From a virus (lineage: Duplodnaviria; Caudoviricetes): a stretch of 64,000 nucleotides of DNA. The notes beneath the pieces were generated by a model. That model saw only the letters and a program-made list of their open reading frames with translations. It ran no database searches and was not told the origin of the DNA. The DNA is taken from the IMG/VR virus record IMGVR_UViG_3300043466_003828, positions 1,036 through 65,035 of that record; one strand, written 5' to 3'. This document shows, one piece after another, positions 10,124-20,699 of this stretch (position 1 is the stretch's first letter; each line of letters opens with the position of its first letter). The position numbers and the translations under genes are program-made.

Positions 10124-11094
10124 GAATCGGACTAATTGGTTTTGGCTATTGGGGGCCAAATGTAGCAAAAAACCTATGCTTAATAGAAGATATTAGCTTT
10201 AATGTCATTGTGGATAAAGAGAAAAAAAATAGAGAAAAAGCTAAAAAACTTTTTCCTAATATAAATATACACCAAGATATGAAAGACGCATTGCAACATG
10301 CGGATGCCTTCATAATTGCAACACCCATTGAATCCCACTTTCCAATTGCGAGATTTTTACTAGAAAACCAGAAGCATGTTTTAATTCAAAAACCGATGGC
10401 ACATTCTGAAGAATGCTGTTCTATATTGAACTCTATTGCTAAAAATAATAAATTGATACTAATGGTAGCACATACATTTTTATTTTCGCCATCAATACGA
10501 AAAATAAAAAAAGATATAGAAAATAAGGAATATGGTAATTTAAATTATATATCATCTTGTCGAGTAAACCTTGGGTTATTTCAGCGACATCATAACGTTA
10601 TATGGGATTTAGCTCCACACGATTTCAGCATAATACGATACCTCTATAATCGAAAACCCAAATATATTTCAGCAATCGGCCAATCACATACTCCATCAAA
10701 ACTAATAGATTGTGCAAATATTACAATTGGTTATGACACTAATTTTCTAGCCATGATCAATATCAACTGGCTATCTGCGATTAAAATTAGAGATATTGTT
10801 ATTGGTGGAGATAAAAAAATGGCACTATACGACGACAGCTCATTAGAAAAAGTTAAAATCTATGATTCTGGAGTAGAATATAATAATGATGTTTTTACAT
10901 ATCGAAAGGGAGATATTTATATTCCTAAACTAGAAGAAAAAGAATCTATTTATTTTGAATGTTTGGAATTTATAAACTCAATTAAAAAGAAAAAACAACC
11001 AATTTCAAATGGACTTTTTGGACAAGAAGTGGTAAAAATGATTGAAGCAACAAACGAATCTATCAAAAAAAACGGTCAACCAATCTATTTATGA
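10120..11094 (+). CDS. Gfo/Idh/MocA oxidoreductase (WbpB/WlbA-like NDP-sugar 3-dehydrogenase)
   Basis: GLIGFGYWG, IATP, HVLIQKP, DLAPHD. Confidence 0.85.
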   Translation: MRIGLIGFGYWGPNVAKNLCLIEDISFNVIVDKEKKNREKAKKLFPNINIHQDMKDALQHADAFIIATPIESHFPIARFLLENQKHVLIQKPMAHSEECCSILNSIAKNNKLILMVAHTFLFSPSIRKIKKDIENKEYGNLNYISSCRVNLGLFQRHHNVIWDLAPHDFSIIRYLYNRKPKYISAIGQSHTPSKLIDCANITIGYDTNFLAMININWLSAIKIRDIVIGGDKKMALYDDSSLEKVKIYDSGVEYNNDVFTYRKGDIYIPKLEEKESIYFECLEFINSIKKKKQPISNGLFGQEVVKMIEATNESIKKNGQPIYL

Positions 11095-11534
11095 AAAACG
11101 TCTCTTTAGGAAAAAATGTCACAATACATCCATATACAAATATATATGGATGCCATATAGGAGATAATACAGCCGTGGGGCCATTTGTCGAAATACAAAG
11201 TAATGTTAAAATTGGCAAAAACTGCAAAATACAGTCGCATTCTTTTATTTGCGAAGGCGTTAAAATAAAAGATAATTGTTTTGTTGGTCACGGAGTAATA
11301 TTTTGCAATGATAAATTACCAAGAGCAACAGTTAATGGTAAGTTAAAAAGCAAAGATGACTGGACTCTAGACGAAACCATAGTTCAAAATGGCGCATCAA
11401 TAGGAAGCAACTCTACAATATTGGGCGGCATTACAATTGGCCAAAATTCACTAATCGGCGCAGGAAGCGTTGTTACTAAAAATATTCCATCCAATCAAAT
11501 TTGGGCGGGTAATCCAGCTAAATTTATAAAATAA
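11091..11534 (+). CDS. Hexapeptide-repeat N-acetyltransferase (WbpD/WlbB-like)
   Basis: Hexapeptide repeats, CKIQSHSFICEGV, NDKLPRA, IGAGSVVTK, AGNPAK. Confidence 0.85.
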   Translation: MKNVSLGKNVTIHPYTNIYGCHIGDNTAVGPFVEIQSNVKIGKNCKIQSHSFICEGVKIKDNCFVGHGVIFCNDKLPRATVNGKLKSKDDWTLDETIVQNGASIGSNSTILGGITIGQNSLIGAGSVVTKNIPSNQIWAGNPAKFIK

Positions 11535-11535
11535 T

Positions 11536-12630
11536 ATGAAAGTTAATTTTTTTGACTTAAATCCAATAAACTCACTAATTAAAGATGAGGTTATAAAAAA
11601 AATATCCACATTAATTGACTCCAGCTCCTTTATTGATGGCAATGCGGTAAAAAATTTTGAGCAAGAATTCGCAGATTTTTGTGGAGCTAAATATTGTGTT
11701 TGTGTGAACAATGGCACCAGTGCGCTTCATCTGGCATTAAAAAGTATTGGTAAAAATTTATCAACAAACAAAGTTGCAACTCCGCCGAATTCATTTTTTG
11801 CAACATCTGCCGCAATAAAATACTGCAACATAGACCCACTATTCATAGATACCAATGATAGTCAAAACATTGATACGAAAAAGTTATCTGAACAAATAAA
11901 TGAATATGATGGAGTTCTGCCTGTTAGTTTATATGGAAACCCTTGTGACCTATCATCAATAGACAGTCTAGCAAAAAATAATAAGAAGTTTGTTATTCAC
12001 GATGCCTGTCAAGCACACGGAGCTAAACATAATGGTGAAAATATTTGTAACTATTCAGACGCTACATGCTTTAGCTTTTATCCATCAAAAAACCTTGGAA
12101 CCTTTGGAGAGGGCGGGGCTATATTAACCAACAATCAATCGCTATATGAAGAGCTGGTTCAATTAAAAAATCATGGGCAAAAAACAAGATATTATCATGA
12201 TATAATTGGCTATAACTATAGAATGAACGAGATTCAGGCAGAGGTTCTCTCTGTTAAATTAAAATATCTAAACGAATGGACTGATGAAAGAATAACCATA
12301 GCCAATAGATATAGAAAGAATCTATCGTCTAATTCTAAAATTAGACTTTTAAATGTAAACAGCAACGATAAATGCGTATATCACCTATTTCCAATCTTCA
12401 CGGAATACAAACAGGATTTAATCAATTTATTTAATAAAGCAAATATTCAATACGGCTTTCATTATCCCGTCCCCATATACGACCAAAAACCCTTTGAATA
12501 TCTAAATCTGAACAAAAAACTGTTTCCAAAAACCGAAAGCTCAAAAAATGAGCAAATCAGTCTTCCTCTTTACGTGGGAATGACAAATGATGAGATTGAC
12601 TATGTTAGCGAAGTGGTTAATAGGTTATAG
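11536..12630 (+). CDS. DegT/DnrJ/EryC1/StrS aminotransferase (WbpE/WlbC-like)
   Basis: NGTSALHLAL, DACQAHGA, SFYPSKNLG (catalytic Lys), GYNYRMNEIQA. Confidence 0.9.
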   Translation: MKVNFFDLNPINSLIKDEVIKKISTLIDSSSFIDGNAVKNFEQEFADFCGAKYCVCVNNGTSALHLALKSIGKNLSTNKVATPPNSFFATSAAIKYCNIDPLFIDTNDSQNIDTKKLSEQINEYDGVLPVSLYGNPCDLSSIDSLAKNNKKFVIHDACQAHGAKHNGENICNYSDATCFSFYPSKNLGTFGEGGAILTNNQSLYEELVQLKNHGQKTRYYHDIIGYNYRMNEIQAEVLSVKLKYLNEWTDERITIANRYRKNLSSNSKIRLLNVNSNDKCVYHLFPIFTEYKQDLINLFNKANIQYGFHYPVPIYDQKPFEYLNLNKKLFPKTESSKNEQISLPLYVGMTNDEIDYVSEVVNRL

Positions 12631-12657
12631 GTTTTTTTATTATTATCAATTATTTAT

Positions 12658-13521
12658 ATGAAAATATGGGGAACTAGATTCAGTCTAATTGGTGATATTA
12701 TAATGTCCTTGCCAATACTAGAGTATATTCACGAGCAGTATGGAGAATACTATTCGTATTTTTGCGTGGCACAAAAATGCCAACAGGCTATACCATTATT
12801 TCTTAATCAGCCATTGATTAATGAAATTAAAATAAGCGATCATTATGAAGATTTAGGCGATCTTGATAGAGAAATTATTTCTAAATGTGATTTAGCGCTC
12901 AACGTCAAGCCATCCGTTCCATTCGAGAAAAGTGGAATGCAAGACTGGTACAATTATAGGTCTTGTGTTGAAGAAGTCGCATTGATGGCCGGGTTTGATC
13001 CACATAACTTTACGAATAGGGTTCCAAAATTAATACAATACTGGGAAGATGATATAATCGCAAAAGATGACTCAAAACGTATTGTTATATGGCCATTTGC
13101 TGGATATGGGCAAGGAACACAAAGAAGCCCATCGGCAAGTTGGTGGCAAAAATGTGTTCATATATTAATAAATGACTTTAATTATAAAATAATTCATGCG
13201 GGGGTAGACTCTGAGCCCACAATAATAGATCACCCCAATTATACAAGAATTACATCCTTATCGTTTTTTAAGCAAATTCAAGAATCACTTAAATGCGATA
13301 TGGCAATAGGAACAGATTCTGGGTCGATGTGGGTTATTGGCGCATATTCCAAAATACCACAAATTAACCTATTAACAAACTGGTTTTTTTATCATCACAC
13401 GAATCCGCTAGCACTTGCTCCGGCTGGCAATAAAACTATTAATTTATTTGCACCAAACGGTTGTGATAACATTAGTATAAACGAATTAATACAAAAAATA
13501 AATGAAAATATTTGCATATAA
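12658..13521 (+). CDS. GT9-like glycosyltransferase
   Basis: SLIGDIIMSLP, WPFAGYG, IGTDSGSMWV. Confidence 0.7.
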   Translation: MKIWGTRFSLIGDIIMSLPILEYIHEQYGEYYSYFCVAQKCQQAIPLFLNQPLINEIKISDHYEDLGDLDREIISKCDLALNVKPSVPFEKSGMQDWYNYRSCVEEVALMAGFDPHNFTNRVPKLIQYWEDDIIAKDDSKRIVIWPFAGYGQGTQRSPSASWWQKCVHILINDFNYKIIHAGVDSEPTIIDHPNYTRITSLSFFKQIQESLKCDMAIGTDSGSMWVIGAYSKIPQINLLTNWFFYHHTNPLALAPAGNKTINLFAPNGCDNISINELIQKINENICI

Positions 13522-14521
13522 CGCACAATTAAACGATACTAAAGAATTTGGATCATTCACGGTTGTAGCGAGAAAATTAAACGAACAATTTAAAAAACTA
13601 AACGTATTAGGAGAAGAGAGCGATCCAGATACATTTGTTATTTTTCCCGAAGTTTTTGCTACAGAAAAAAGATGGAACAAACAAATTCCGCTTTTGGCTT
13701 GTGAATATAGCCTATCACCACAGATAGTTATTGATAAATTAAAAGCCTATAATCCACAAGTTTTGGCAATAAGTGATTTTGCAAAGAAAAACCTAATAAA
13801 TTCTGGATATGAAAAAGTAGAAACTGTTCACTTGGGCACCGACCCAGATACATGGCATAGAACTAAGCATGAAAAATTTCCTACATTTACATACTTAACT
13901 GTAAATAGTAGCAATGACCGAAGTGGATTTGAAAAACTCTTACCTGCATTTATTGAATTTAGCAAAGATAAAAATGTTAATCTAATAATTAAAGATGGGC
14001 AAAACAGCAGTTTTGAAAACTATATTAAATCATTAAATAATACAAATATAATATATATAGGGGGCATACTAGCTGAGGAGAAGCTACGAGAGCTATATAA
14101 TAGGTGTCATATATTTATATATGCAAACAATACCACTTCTTTTGGGATGAATATTTTAGACGCCGCATTATGCGAAATACCTATTATAGCCACATTAGGA
14201 TCCGCAGTAAAAGAATTTTTACCAGAATGGACACAACCCATCAAGATAAAAACCGAAATAAAAAAACTTGACGCACAATCCATACGGGAGTGGAATTCAA
14301 TTGGTATAAATAGTTTTCCAGAAAGTTTTTTATCAATATTTGGAGGAGATATATATGCAGAAAGGGTCATACAACAAGATATCTTTAACTCTCTAGAGTT
14401 TTCTTTTAAAAACTATCAGGACTATTGTATAATTTCTAAACAGTATAGAGATTTTGTTTTAGCGAATTATACTTGGGAAATTTGCGCAAAAAACATAGTC
14501 AATAAACTATCAAATTTATGA
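13502..14521 (+). CDS. GT4-like glycosyltransferase
   Basis: AISDFAK, VHLGTD, LRELYNRCHIF, SFGMNILDAALC, YTWE. Confidence 0.75.
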   Translation: MKIFAYNAQLNDTKEFGSFTVVARKLNEQFKKLNVLGEESDPDTFVIFPEVFATEKRWNKQIPLLACEYSLSPQIVIDKLKAYNPQVLAISDFAKKNLINSGYEKVETVHLGTDPDTWHRTKHEKFPTFTYLTVNSSNDRSGFEKLLPAFIEFSKDKNVNLIIKDGQNSSFENYIKSLNNTNIIYIGGILAEEKLRELYNRCHIFIYANNTTSFGMNILDAALCEIPIIATLGSAVKEFLPEWTQPIKIKTEIKKLDAQSIREWNSIGINSFPESFLSIFGGDIYAERVIQQDIFNSLEFSFKNYQDYCIISKQYRDFVLANYTWEICAKNIVNKLSNL

Positions 14522-14862
14522 TAAATCTTCAAGTAGACGAGGCCTATGCATTTGATTATCTTTCAATAATGGAAGTAAAAAAGAACCTTGCGCCCTCGCC
14601 ATTAAGGGCAGAAGGGTACGAAAAATGTCTTAATTTCCTGCGCGGTCAGGTATCAGATATCGATGCAATACTTTCCTCCCAAGAGTATAAAAAACTTTAT
14701 GAATCAAATGTTTATACGTTTGGTCTAGTAGATAAGGCAAGAAACAACCAACATGTATCAGCTAAAGAAGTAGATGATGCAAACATGGAAAGATTCCACT
14801 GTAAGCAAGCTTTGCAAAAATCATTTTTCTCTACAAACCTTGTAGAGACTAAGATACTATAA
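14518..14862 (+). CDS. Hypothetical protein in glycosylation cluster
   Basis: 114 aa, translationally coupled. VDEAYAFDYLSI motif. Confidence 0.6.
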   Translation: MINLQVDEAYAFDYLSIMEVKKNLAPSPLRAEGYEKCLNFLRGQVSDIDAILSSQEYKKLYESNVYTFGLVDKARNNQHVSAKEVDDANMERFHCKQALQKSFFSTNLVETKIL

Positions 14863-14864
14863 AT

Positions 14865-16037
14865 ATGAAATGGTTCTTAAATATAAATAACTTCTCAATA
14901 TTTGATAAAATCAAAATTTGCTTATTTTTACTAAACCCTAAAAATAGGTGGACTCAAGATAATCAAGTTAAGTTATTTGAGAAAAAGTTTGCGAAATTTG
15001 TTGGATCTAAGTATGCAGTATTTGTCTCTAGCGGATCAACGGCGAATACCTTAATCGCGCAATATTACAAAAGTATACAGAAAAATAATAATAAAAATAT
15101 CATAGTACTACCTTCTACTACATGGCAGACATCATGTGCGCCTTGGGTTCAGGCTGGTTTCGAGCCACATTTTATAGATATATCTATGACAGATTTTAGT
15201 ATAGATAAGATTAAACTTGAAGAATACGTTAAGAATAACCATGAAAAAATTGCCTGCATTTTCCCTACTTCTTTGATTGGATATGTTCCAGATATGCAGT
15301 TTTATTTAAATTTAAAAAACACATATAATGTTAAGATAGCCTTTGATAACTGCGAGAATACTCTCGGAACCTATAACAATAATAACATTTCTTCATTTTT
15401 TACTTCATCTACTTCTACGTATTTTGGGCATCAAGTTCAATCAATAGAAGGCGGATTTATTTTTACAAATTCAGATAAGGAATACCATTTTTATCTAATG
15501 AATAGAAACCACGGAATGACAAGAAGTCTTTCTGTATATGGAATTGATAATAGTAAATATATAAATAAAAAAGTTGACTCGCTATTTGATTTTTATTCTC
15601 TAGGAAATAATTTCAGAAATACAGACTTAAATGCATTTATTGGGCAATTAGATTTTAATAGAATTAATTTTTACACAACAAAAAGAAAAGAACTTTATTC
15701 TTACTTTAATCTAGATCCTACAAAATTTTACCTACCAAATCCAAATAGAAATAATGTAACTTCAGATGTTCCATTTTGCTTTCCCATAATTATAAAGGAC
15801 TCCAATACAGAGTTATTCAATAAAGCTCTGGAATTATGTAAAAAAAATGGTATTGAATATCGTCCAATCATTTCCGGATATTTAGGATATCAAACTTGTT
15901 ATAAAAAATTCTTTAAGTCCCAAAAGGACTATCCTAATTCTATCTATATCCATAAACATGGGTTTTATGTTGGCTTGCATTCCGGCGTAACAAAACAACA
16001 AATCATTAATTTTGTAGATAAATTAAACAATTTGTGA
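14865..16037 (+). CDS. PLP-dependent DegT-family enzyme, ColD-like (GDP-4-keto-6-deoxymannose 3-dehydratase type)
   Basis: VSSGSTAN, DNCE, STYFGHQVQSIEGG (no Lys in the Schiff-base loop), RNHGMTR, EYRPIISG. Confidence 0.75.
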   Translation: MKWFLNINNFSIFDKIKICLFLLNPKNRWTQDNQVKLFEKKFAKFVGSKYAVFVSSGSTANTLIAQYYKSIQKNNNKNIIVLPSTTWQTSCAPWVQAGFEPHFIDISMTDFSIDKIKLEEYVKNNHEKIACIFPTSLIGYVPDMQFYLNLKNTYNVKIAFDNCENTLGTYNNNNISSFFTSSTSTYFGHQVQSIEGGFIFTNSDKEYHFYLMNRNHGMTRSLSVYGIDNSKYINKKVDSLFDFYSLGNNFRNTDLNAFIGQLDFNRINFYTTKRKELYSYFNLDPTKFYLPNPNRNNVTSDVPFCFPIIIKDSNTELFNKALELCKKNGIEYRPIISGYLGYQTCYKKFFKSQKDYPNSIYIHKHGFYVGLHSGVTKQQIINFVDKLNNL

Positions 16038-16049
16038 TATAGTAAACAC

Positions 16050-16787
16050 ATGATAGAGAGGATTAAAAATTTACTAACGCCATATTATATAAATGATTTA
16101 AAAAGATATGGTGGAAATTCTGATGGGGGCTATATATTAAGCGAGTCTTTACTTAATAATTCTAATATCATATACTCTTATGGAGTTGGGCCAGAGGAGC
16201 ATTATATTAATTTTGACAAGCATATGTCGTTTTTAAATAAAAAGGTTTATTTATACGATGCATCAATAAATGGCCTTTGGGGAAATGATCCAAATTTCAT
16301 CTTTAAAAAAGAGTATGTTAACTCTAAAAACATACTAACCCATATAAGTGAGAATGGGCACTCCTCTGAAACGGAAATGGTTCTTAAAATGGATATTGAA
16401 GGAAATGAATTTGAAACTATTATTAATAGCGAATCAACACTGTTTAAATATTTTAATCAAATTACCATTGAAGTTCATGATATATTAAATTCACATGACG
16501 AAGCAAATTTGGTTATCAACAATGACAACGAAGAAAAAAGATGGCTCAATAAGATCAACTTGTTTGAAAAATTAAATACCTACTATAAATTAGTTCATAT
16601 TCATGGCAATAATTATTCTAGAGCAAAAACTAACGGAATTTGCGATGTAGTTGAATTAACTTACATTAGAAATGATACATTTAATAATGATCTGGAAATT
16701 TCAAAATTACAATGTCCAATTCCAGACTTAGATTTTCCCAATAACCCATACGATAATGATGTACAAATGAACTGGTGGATTAAATGA
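16050..16787 (+). CDS. FkbM/Methyltransf_22-like SAM methyltransferase
   Basis: RYGGNSDGGY, YSYGVG, LKMDIEGNE, IEVH, HIHGNN, ELTY. Confidence 0.8.
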   Translation: MIERIKNLLTPYYINDLKRYGGNSDGGYILSESLLNNSNIIYSYGVGPEEHYINFDKHMSFLNKKVYLYDASINGLWGNDPNFIFKKEYVNSKNILTHISENGHSSETEMVLKMDIEGNEFETIINSESTLFKYFNQITIEVHDILNSHDEANLVINNDNEEKRWLNKINLFEKLNTYYKLVHIHGNNYSRAKTNGICDVVELTYIRNDTFNNDLEISKLQCPIPDLDFPNNPYDNDVQMNWWIK

Positions 16788-17200
16788 AATTCAAAAATAT
16801 ATACGGCAGGGAAGTTAATAAAAACATTATTCCCTATATAGTTAACTGGCAAAAAAAGGTTGGCAGTAATGCACAGACTAATGTCAAAAAATTCTTTGCT
16901 CAATACTGGGCTGGTCACATAGTTTGTGAAGAGTTTCCAGTACTGGGAAGCAAGATGAGATGTGATCTCATTAATTTTACAAAAAAAATTGCCATAGAGA
17001 CACATGGTCAACAGCACGATAAATTCGTACCATTCTTCCACAAGAATAGGACAAACTTTAAAAATAGCTTTAAACGAGACTTGGTCAAGCACAATTGGCT
17101 TGAACTTAATGGCTTTAAAGTAATTGAAATATTTGACAACGAAATCAAGCACTTGACCCCAGATTGGGTCAAAGAAAAATTTGGAATAGAAATAATTTAA
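16784..17200 (+). CDS. PD-(D/E)XK/Vsr-like (DUF559-type) nuclease
   Basis: EEFPV, RCDL, IAIETHGQQH, RDLVK. Confidence 0.65.
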   Translation: MKFKNIYGREVNKNIIPYIVNWQKKVGSNAQTNVKKFFAQYWAGHIVCEEFPVLGSKMRCDLINFTKKIAIETHGQQHDKFVPFFHKNRTNFKNSFKRDLVKHNWLELNGFKVIEIFDNEIKHLTPDWVKEKFGIEII

Positions 17201-17236
17201 TTTACATACGGATAAATATACTCTATCATTGAAGGT

Positions 17237-17845
17237 ATGAGTATTTTTTATATAGGTATAGGAGGAGTTGCGAGATCTGGCAAGGACAGTTTTGCTAACA
17301 ATCTTCTAGATATTTTAAAAGAAAACAATTTTAATGCAATTAAAAGCTCGCTAGCAGAGCCCTTGAAGCACGATTGCAAAGAATTTATTTCATCTAAACT
17401 TGGTCTCGATGTCTGGACGGACAAAACAGAAGAAAAGGCTATTTTTAGAGAGATGTTGGTATGGTATGGAAAAGTCAAAAGACAACAATCAGAAGGCCAA
17501 TATTGGACAAATCTTCTAACAAAAAGAGTCGAAATGGCCGCTCCAGAGATCTGTATTGTTCCAGATGTGAGATACCTCCAATATCCAGAAGACGAGGTTT
17601 TTTGGCTGAAAAACAAGATGAATGGAATTCTTATTCATATAGAAAGAAAAGACATCAATGGAGACATTGTTCCGCCAGCAAATATGGACGAATCAATTAA
17701 TGATAAATTAATTAAAGACAATGCTGATTACTCTGTAGTCTGGCCCACATATGCTCCAGATGATCTTTCTAGTCTTGCCAACGAAGTAAAAAAGGTTTAC
17801 CATGAGTTTATAGAAAAAAATATATATGCAGCAAAAAATTCGTAG
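17237..17845 (+). CDS. Deoxynucleoside monophosphate kinase
   Basis: GGVARSGKDS, LAEPLK, PDVRY..E, HIER. Confidence 0.8.
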   Translation: MSIFYIGIGGVARSGKDSFANNLLDILKENNFNAIKSSLAEPLKHDCKEFISSKLGLDVWTDKTEEKAIFREMLVWYGKVKRQQSEGQYWTNLLTKRVEMAAPEICIVPDVRYLQYPEDEVFWLKNKMNGILIHIERKDINGDIVPPANMDESINDKLIKDNADYSVVWPTYAPDDLSSLANEVKKVYHEFIEKNIYAAKNS

Positions 17846-19313
17846 CGTTAATGTAGAAAAACACGTACTTGCGGGCTTTATTAAGCATCCAAAGGTATAC
17901 CACGATGTTTCTCATTTTATAAATGAGCAGGATTTCACTAATGGGCATAAGACTATTTTTAGTGTCGTCAAAAATCAGATCATGCATAACCAGCCATTGG
18001 ATGCGGTGATCCTGTCAGAAAAGATTAAAAATCTAGGCATTACATTTAACAAACAGGATTTCAATATCTTTGACTACATTGAAGGGTTGTCATTTATCAA
18101 AATCAGCGAAAAGTCTCTTTTAGAAGCATGCAAGGAGCTTAAGACAGTCACTATTCGTAGGGAAATTTTTGAAACATCGTCACAAATCCAAGAGGCAATG
18201 TTAAATTCTGGAGATCAGAATCCAGATCAAATTATCAGTTTGGCGGATAAGATGTACAATGATAAGATAAGTGCATATGATCTAGATGTAAAGCCAGAAG
18301 ACTTGTTTGCAAATATCGAGCAACTAATCGAGGAAAGAGCAAACGCTCCAGTAGCCGAACTCGGATACATGACCCCCTACAAGCAATTTAATCAAATGTA
18401 TGGTGGATTAAGGCCCGGCGAACTCTACGCTTGGGTATCTAGGCCAAAGCACGGTAAAAGCACTATCCTAAACGACATCGCAACCAAGTCTACTGTTATT
18501 AATCCTAACATGCGCGCATTGATTCTTGATACGGAAATGCAGACTAATGTCATGAAGTTTCGTATCGCCAGCAGTATAACTGGTATACCAATGTGGTATC
18601 TAGAAACTGGTAATTTTAAAAACAATAAAGAACTATTGGCAAGATGGAACAGCAAGAAGACAGAGCTTTCCCTAATTCAAGGAAGAGTTAATCATATGCA
18701 GGTAGCTGGAAAACCAGTTCAAGAAATTGAATCTATTATCCAAAGGTGGTATTTAAGTGAAGTTGGTCGGGGCAATCCAGCTATGGTTGTTTATGACTAT
18801 ATCAAACTAACTGGCGAAACCGGAGATAAAAACAAACAAGAATATCAATTAATTGGCGACAAGGTAGACTCTTTGAAAAATCTATCAGTTAGATTAAATA
18901 TTCCATTATTAACGGCTTGTCAGCTAAATAGAAATGCCGAAAACGGGGCAGATGACAGTTCCGCTATTTCTCAGAGTGATCGCTTGCAATGGTTCGCCGC
19001 ATACGTTGGAATCTTTAGAAGGAAAACCTTAGAAGAACAAGCCGAGGATGGTATTCAGTATGGCACACACAAAATGATTGAACTTGCGGCCAGATATCAA
19101 GGCAAAAACGCTCATGGGCACAGCGACCTGATTAAGGTCAAAGATGGAAACCAGTTCAAGTATAAAAAGAATTTCATTTCATTTAATGTAAATAATTTCG
19201 ATGTACAAGAGAAGGGAACCTTGCAGGACATTGTAGATTCAAAGTCTGGCGTAAAGGTTGATATTTTTGATCGGGATTATAAAGAGGACGATGACAATGG
19301 GGAATTACTATGA
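17826..19313 (+). CDS. dnaB: Replicative DNA helicase
   Basis: N-terminal EKHVLAG..DF..HKTIF, Walker A RPKHGKST, DTEM, YDYIK, QLNR. Confidence 0.9.
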   Translation: MQQKIRSVNVEKHVLAGFIKHPKVYHDVSHFINEQDFTNGHKTIFSVVKNQIMHNQPLDAVILSEKIKNLGITFNKQDFNIFDYIEGLSFIKISEKSLLEACKELKTVTIRREIFETSSQIQEAMLNSGDQNPDQIISLADKMYNDKISAYDLDVKPEDLFANIEQLIEERANAPVAELGYMTPYKQFNQMYGGLRPGELYAWVSRPKHGKSTILNDIATKSTVINPNMRALILDTEMQTNVMKFRIASSITGIPMWYLETGNFKNNKELLARWNSKKTELSLIQGRVNHMQVAGKPVQEIESIIQRWYLSEVGRGNPAMVVYDYIKLTGETGDKNKQEYQLIGDKVDSLKNLSVRLNIPLLTACQLNRNAENGADDSSAISQSDRLQWFAAYVGIFRRKTLEEQAEDGIQYGTHKMIELAARYQGKNAHGHSDLIKVKDGNQFKYKKNFISFNVNNFDVQEKGTLQDIVDSKSGVKVDIFDRDYKEDDDNGELL

Positions 19314-20212
19314 ACCTAGTCGAGTTGCTCAAAAACGCTGGCTGTAAACCCAAGAGTCATGGTACATATTTAACATGTACGGCAAAATATCGTGGCGGAG
19401 ATGATCCAACTTCCGTAGCGGTTTATCTTCAGACAAATACTGTTCATGACTTTGTTACTAGTAAAACAATGTCGCTTGAGGAGTTCTTGAAAAAGACTCT
19501 AAACTTAAAGTCACATGAGCAATTAGATAAAATAATCAATGGAACGAAAGAATACTATTCTTCTTGCTTTTCCACTGTAGACAACGATGATCCGTTTAGC
19601 AAAACAGTAAAATATTACTCAAGTGATGATATGTTATCATTAAAAGACGAACATTCCTACTGGAATGGCAGAGGCATAAGTAGCGAAATCTTAAAAACAT
19701 TTCAGAGTGGAACATGCTATACTGGCAAAATGAAGAATAGGTATGTTTTCCCAATTTTTAATTCTCGAAAAAAAATAGAAGGGTTTTCTGGTAGAGATGT
19801 TTCCGGAGCTTCTAAAATCAAGTGGAAGCACATTGGTAAAAAAAATGATTGGGCATATCCATTGGTTTTTAGTCATAAATATATAACAGATAAAAATGAA
19901 ATAATATTAACTGAAAGCATAGGGGACATGCTATCACTGTGGAGATCTGGTATAAAAAACACAGGAATAACATTTGGCACTGATATAGGAACTGGTTTAA
20001 TAAAAGCAATATTGCGTCTAGATCCAAAAAGTATTATCATTGCAACTAATAATGATCAAAATCAAGCAGGACAAAATGCGGCAAAGGGGATCAAAACAAA
20101 ACTAATGGAGTTTTTTGACGATAACCAAATCAAAATTGCACATCCTATTAAAAATGATTTTGGCGAACAAGACGATGAAGAAAATTTACTTTGGTACAAT
20201 AATTTAAAATAA
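19310..20212 (+). CDS. dnaG: DNA primase (TOPRIM), degenerate zinc finger
   Basis: YWNGRGIS, RYVFPI, GFSGR, KWKH, LTESIGD, ATNND. Confidence 0.8.
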   Translation: MNLVELLKNAGCKPKSHGTYLTCTAKYRGGDDPTSVAVYLQTNTVHDFVTSKTMSLEEFLKKTLNLKSHEQLDKIINGTKEYYSSCFSTVDNDDPFSKTVKYYSSDDMLSLKDEHSYWNGRGISSEILKTFQSGTCYTGKMKNRYVFPIFNSRKKIEGFSGRDVSGASKIKWKHIGKKNDWAYPLVFSHKYITDKNEIILTESIGDMLSLWRSGIKNTGITFGTDIGTGLIKAILRLDPKSIIIATNNDQNQAGQNAAKGIKTKLMEFFDDNQIKIAHPIKNDFGEQDDEENLLWYNNLK

Positions 20213-20213
20213 T

Positions 20214-20699
20214 ATGAACTGGACAGAATACTACATGCGCCACCAATATCTGGCGTCCGAAAAAAGCAAAGACCCAAGTACCAAGATTGGTGCCGTATTG
20301 GTTCGTGGTGATAATATTGTATCTATTGGCTACAATGGTTTTCCAAGAGGAATTAATGATTCTCCGGAAAGACTTAATAACAGAGAAGAAAAGTATTTCT
20401 ATGTTGTACATGCTGAATCCAACGCAATTTTAAATGCGGCAAGAAACGGCATCGCAACAAAAGGTGCCATACTTTACACCTCTGGTATGCCATGTAATGA
20501 GTGTGCTAAAGCCATCATTCAGGCCGGGGTGCAAACTGTTTATCTTCACAAACAGTATCCTAGCCTATCACATGGCAAATGGTCAAAGTCTGTAAGCAAG
20601 GCCCAAGAAATGTTTTATGAGGCTGGAGTATTTGTCACAGAATTAGACCAGCAACTTAATATTAACTGCATTATTAATGGAGAAACAGTCAGCGTATGA
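20214..20699 (+). CDS. dCMP deaminase
   Basis: SKDPSTKIGAV, GYNGFPRG, HAESNA, PCNECAK. Confidence 0.9.
   Translation: MNWTEYYMRHQYLASEKSKDPSTKIGAVLVRGDNIVSIGYNGFPRGINDSPERLNNREEKYFYVVHAESNAILNAARNGIATKGAILYTSGMPCNECAKAIIQAGVQTVYLHKQYPSLSHGKWSKSVSKAQEMFYEAGVFVTELDQQLNINCIINGETVSV

Noticed and set aside
4986-16787. Bacterial O-antigen/capsule locus or host-chromosome origin
   Set aside because: No wzx, wzy or priming transferase. The cluster is interleaved with a phage-type recA and continuous with phage replication genes sharing the same promoter style.
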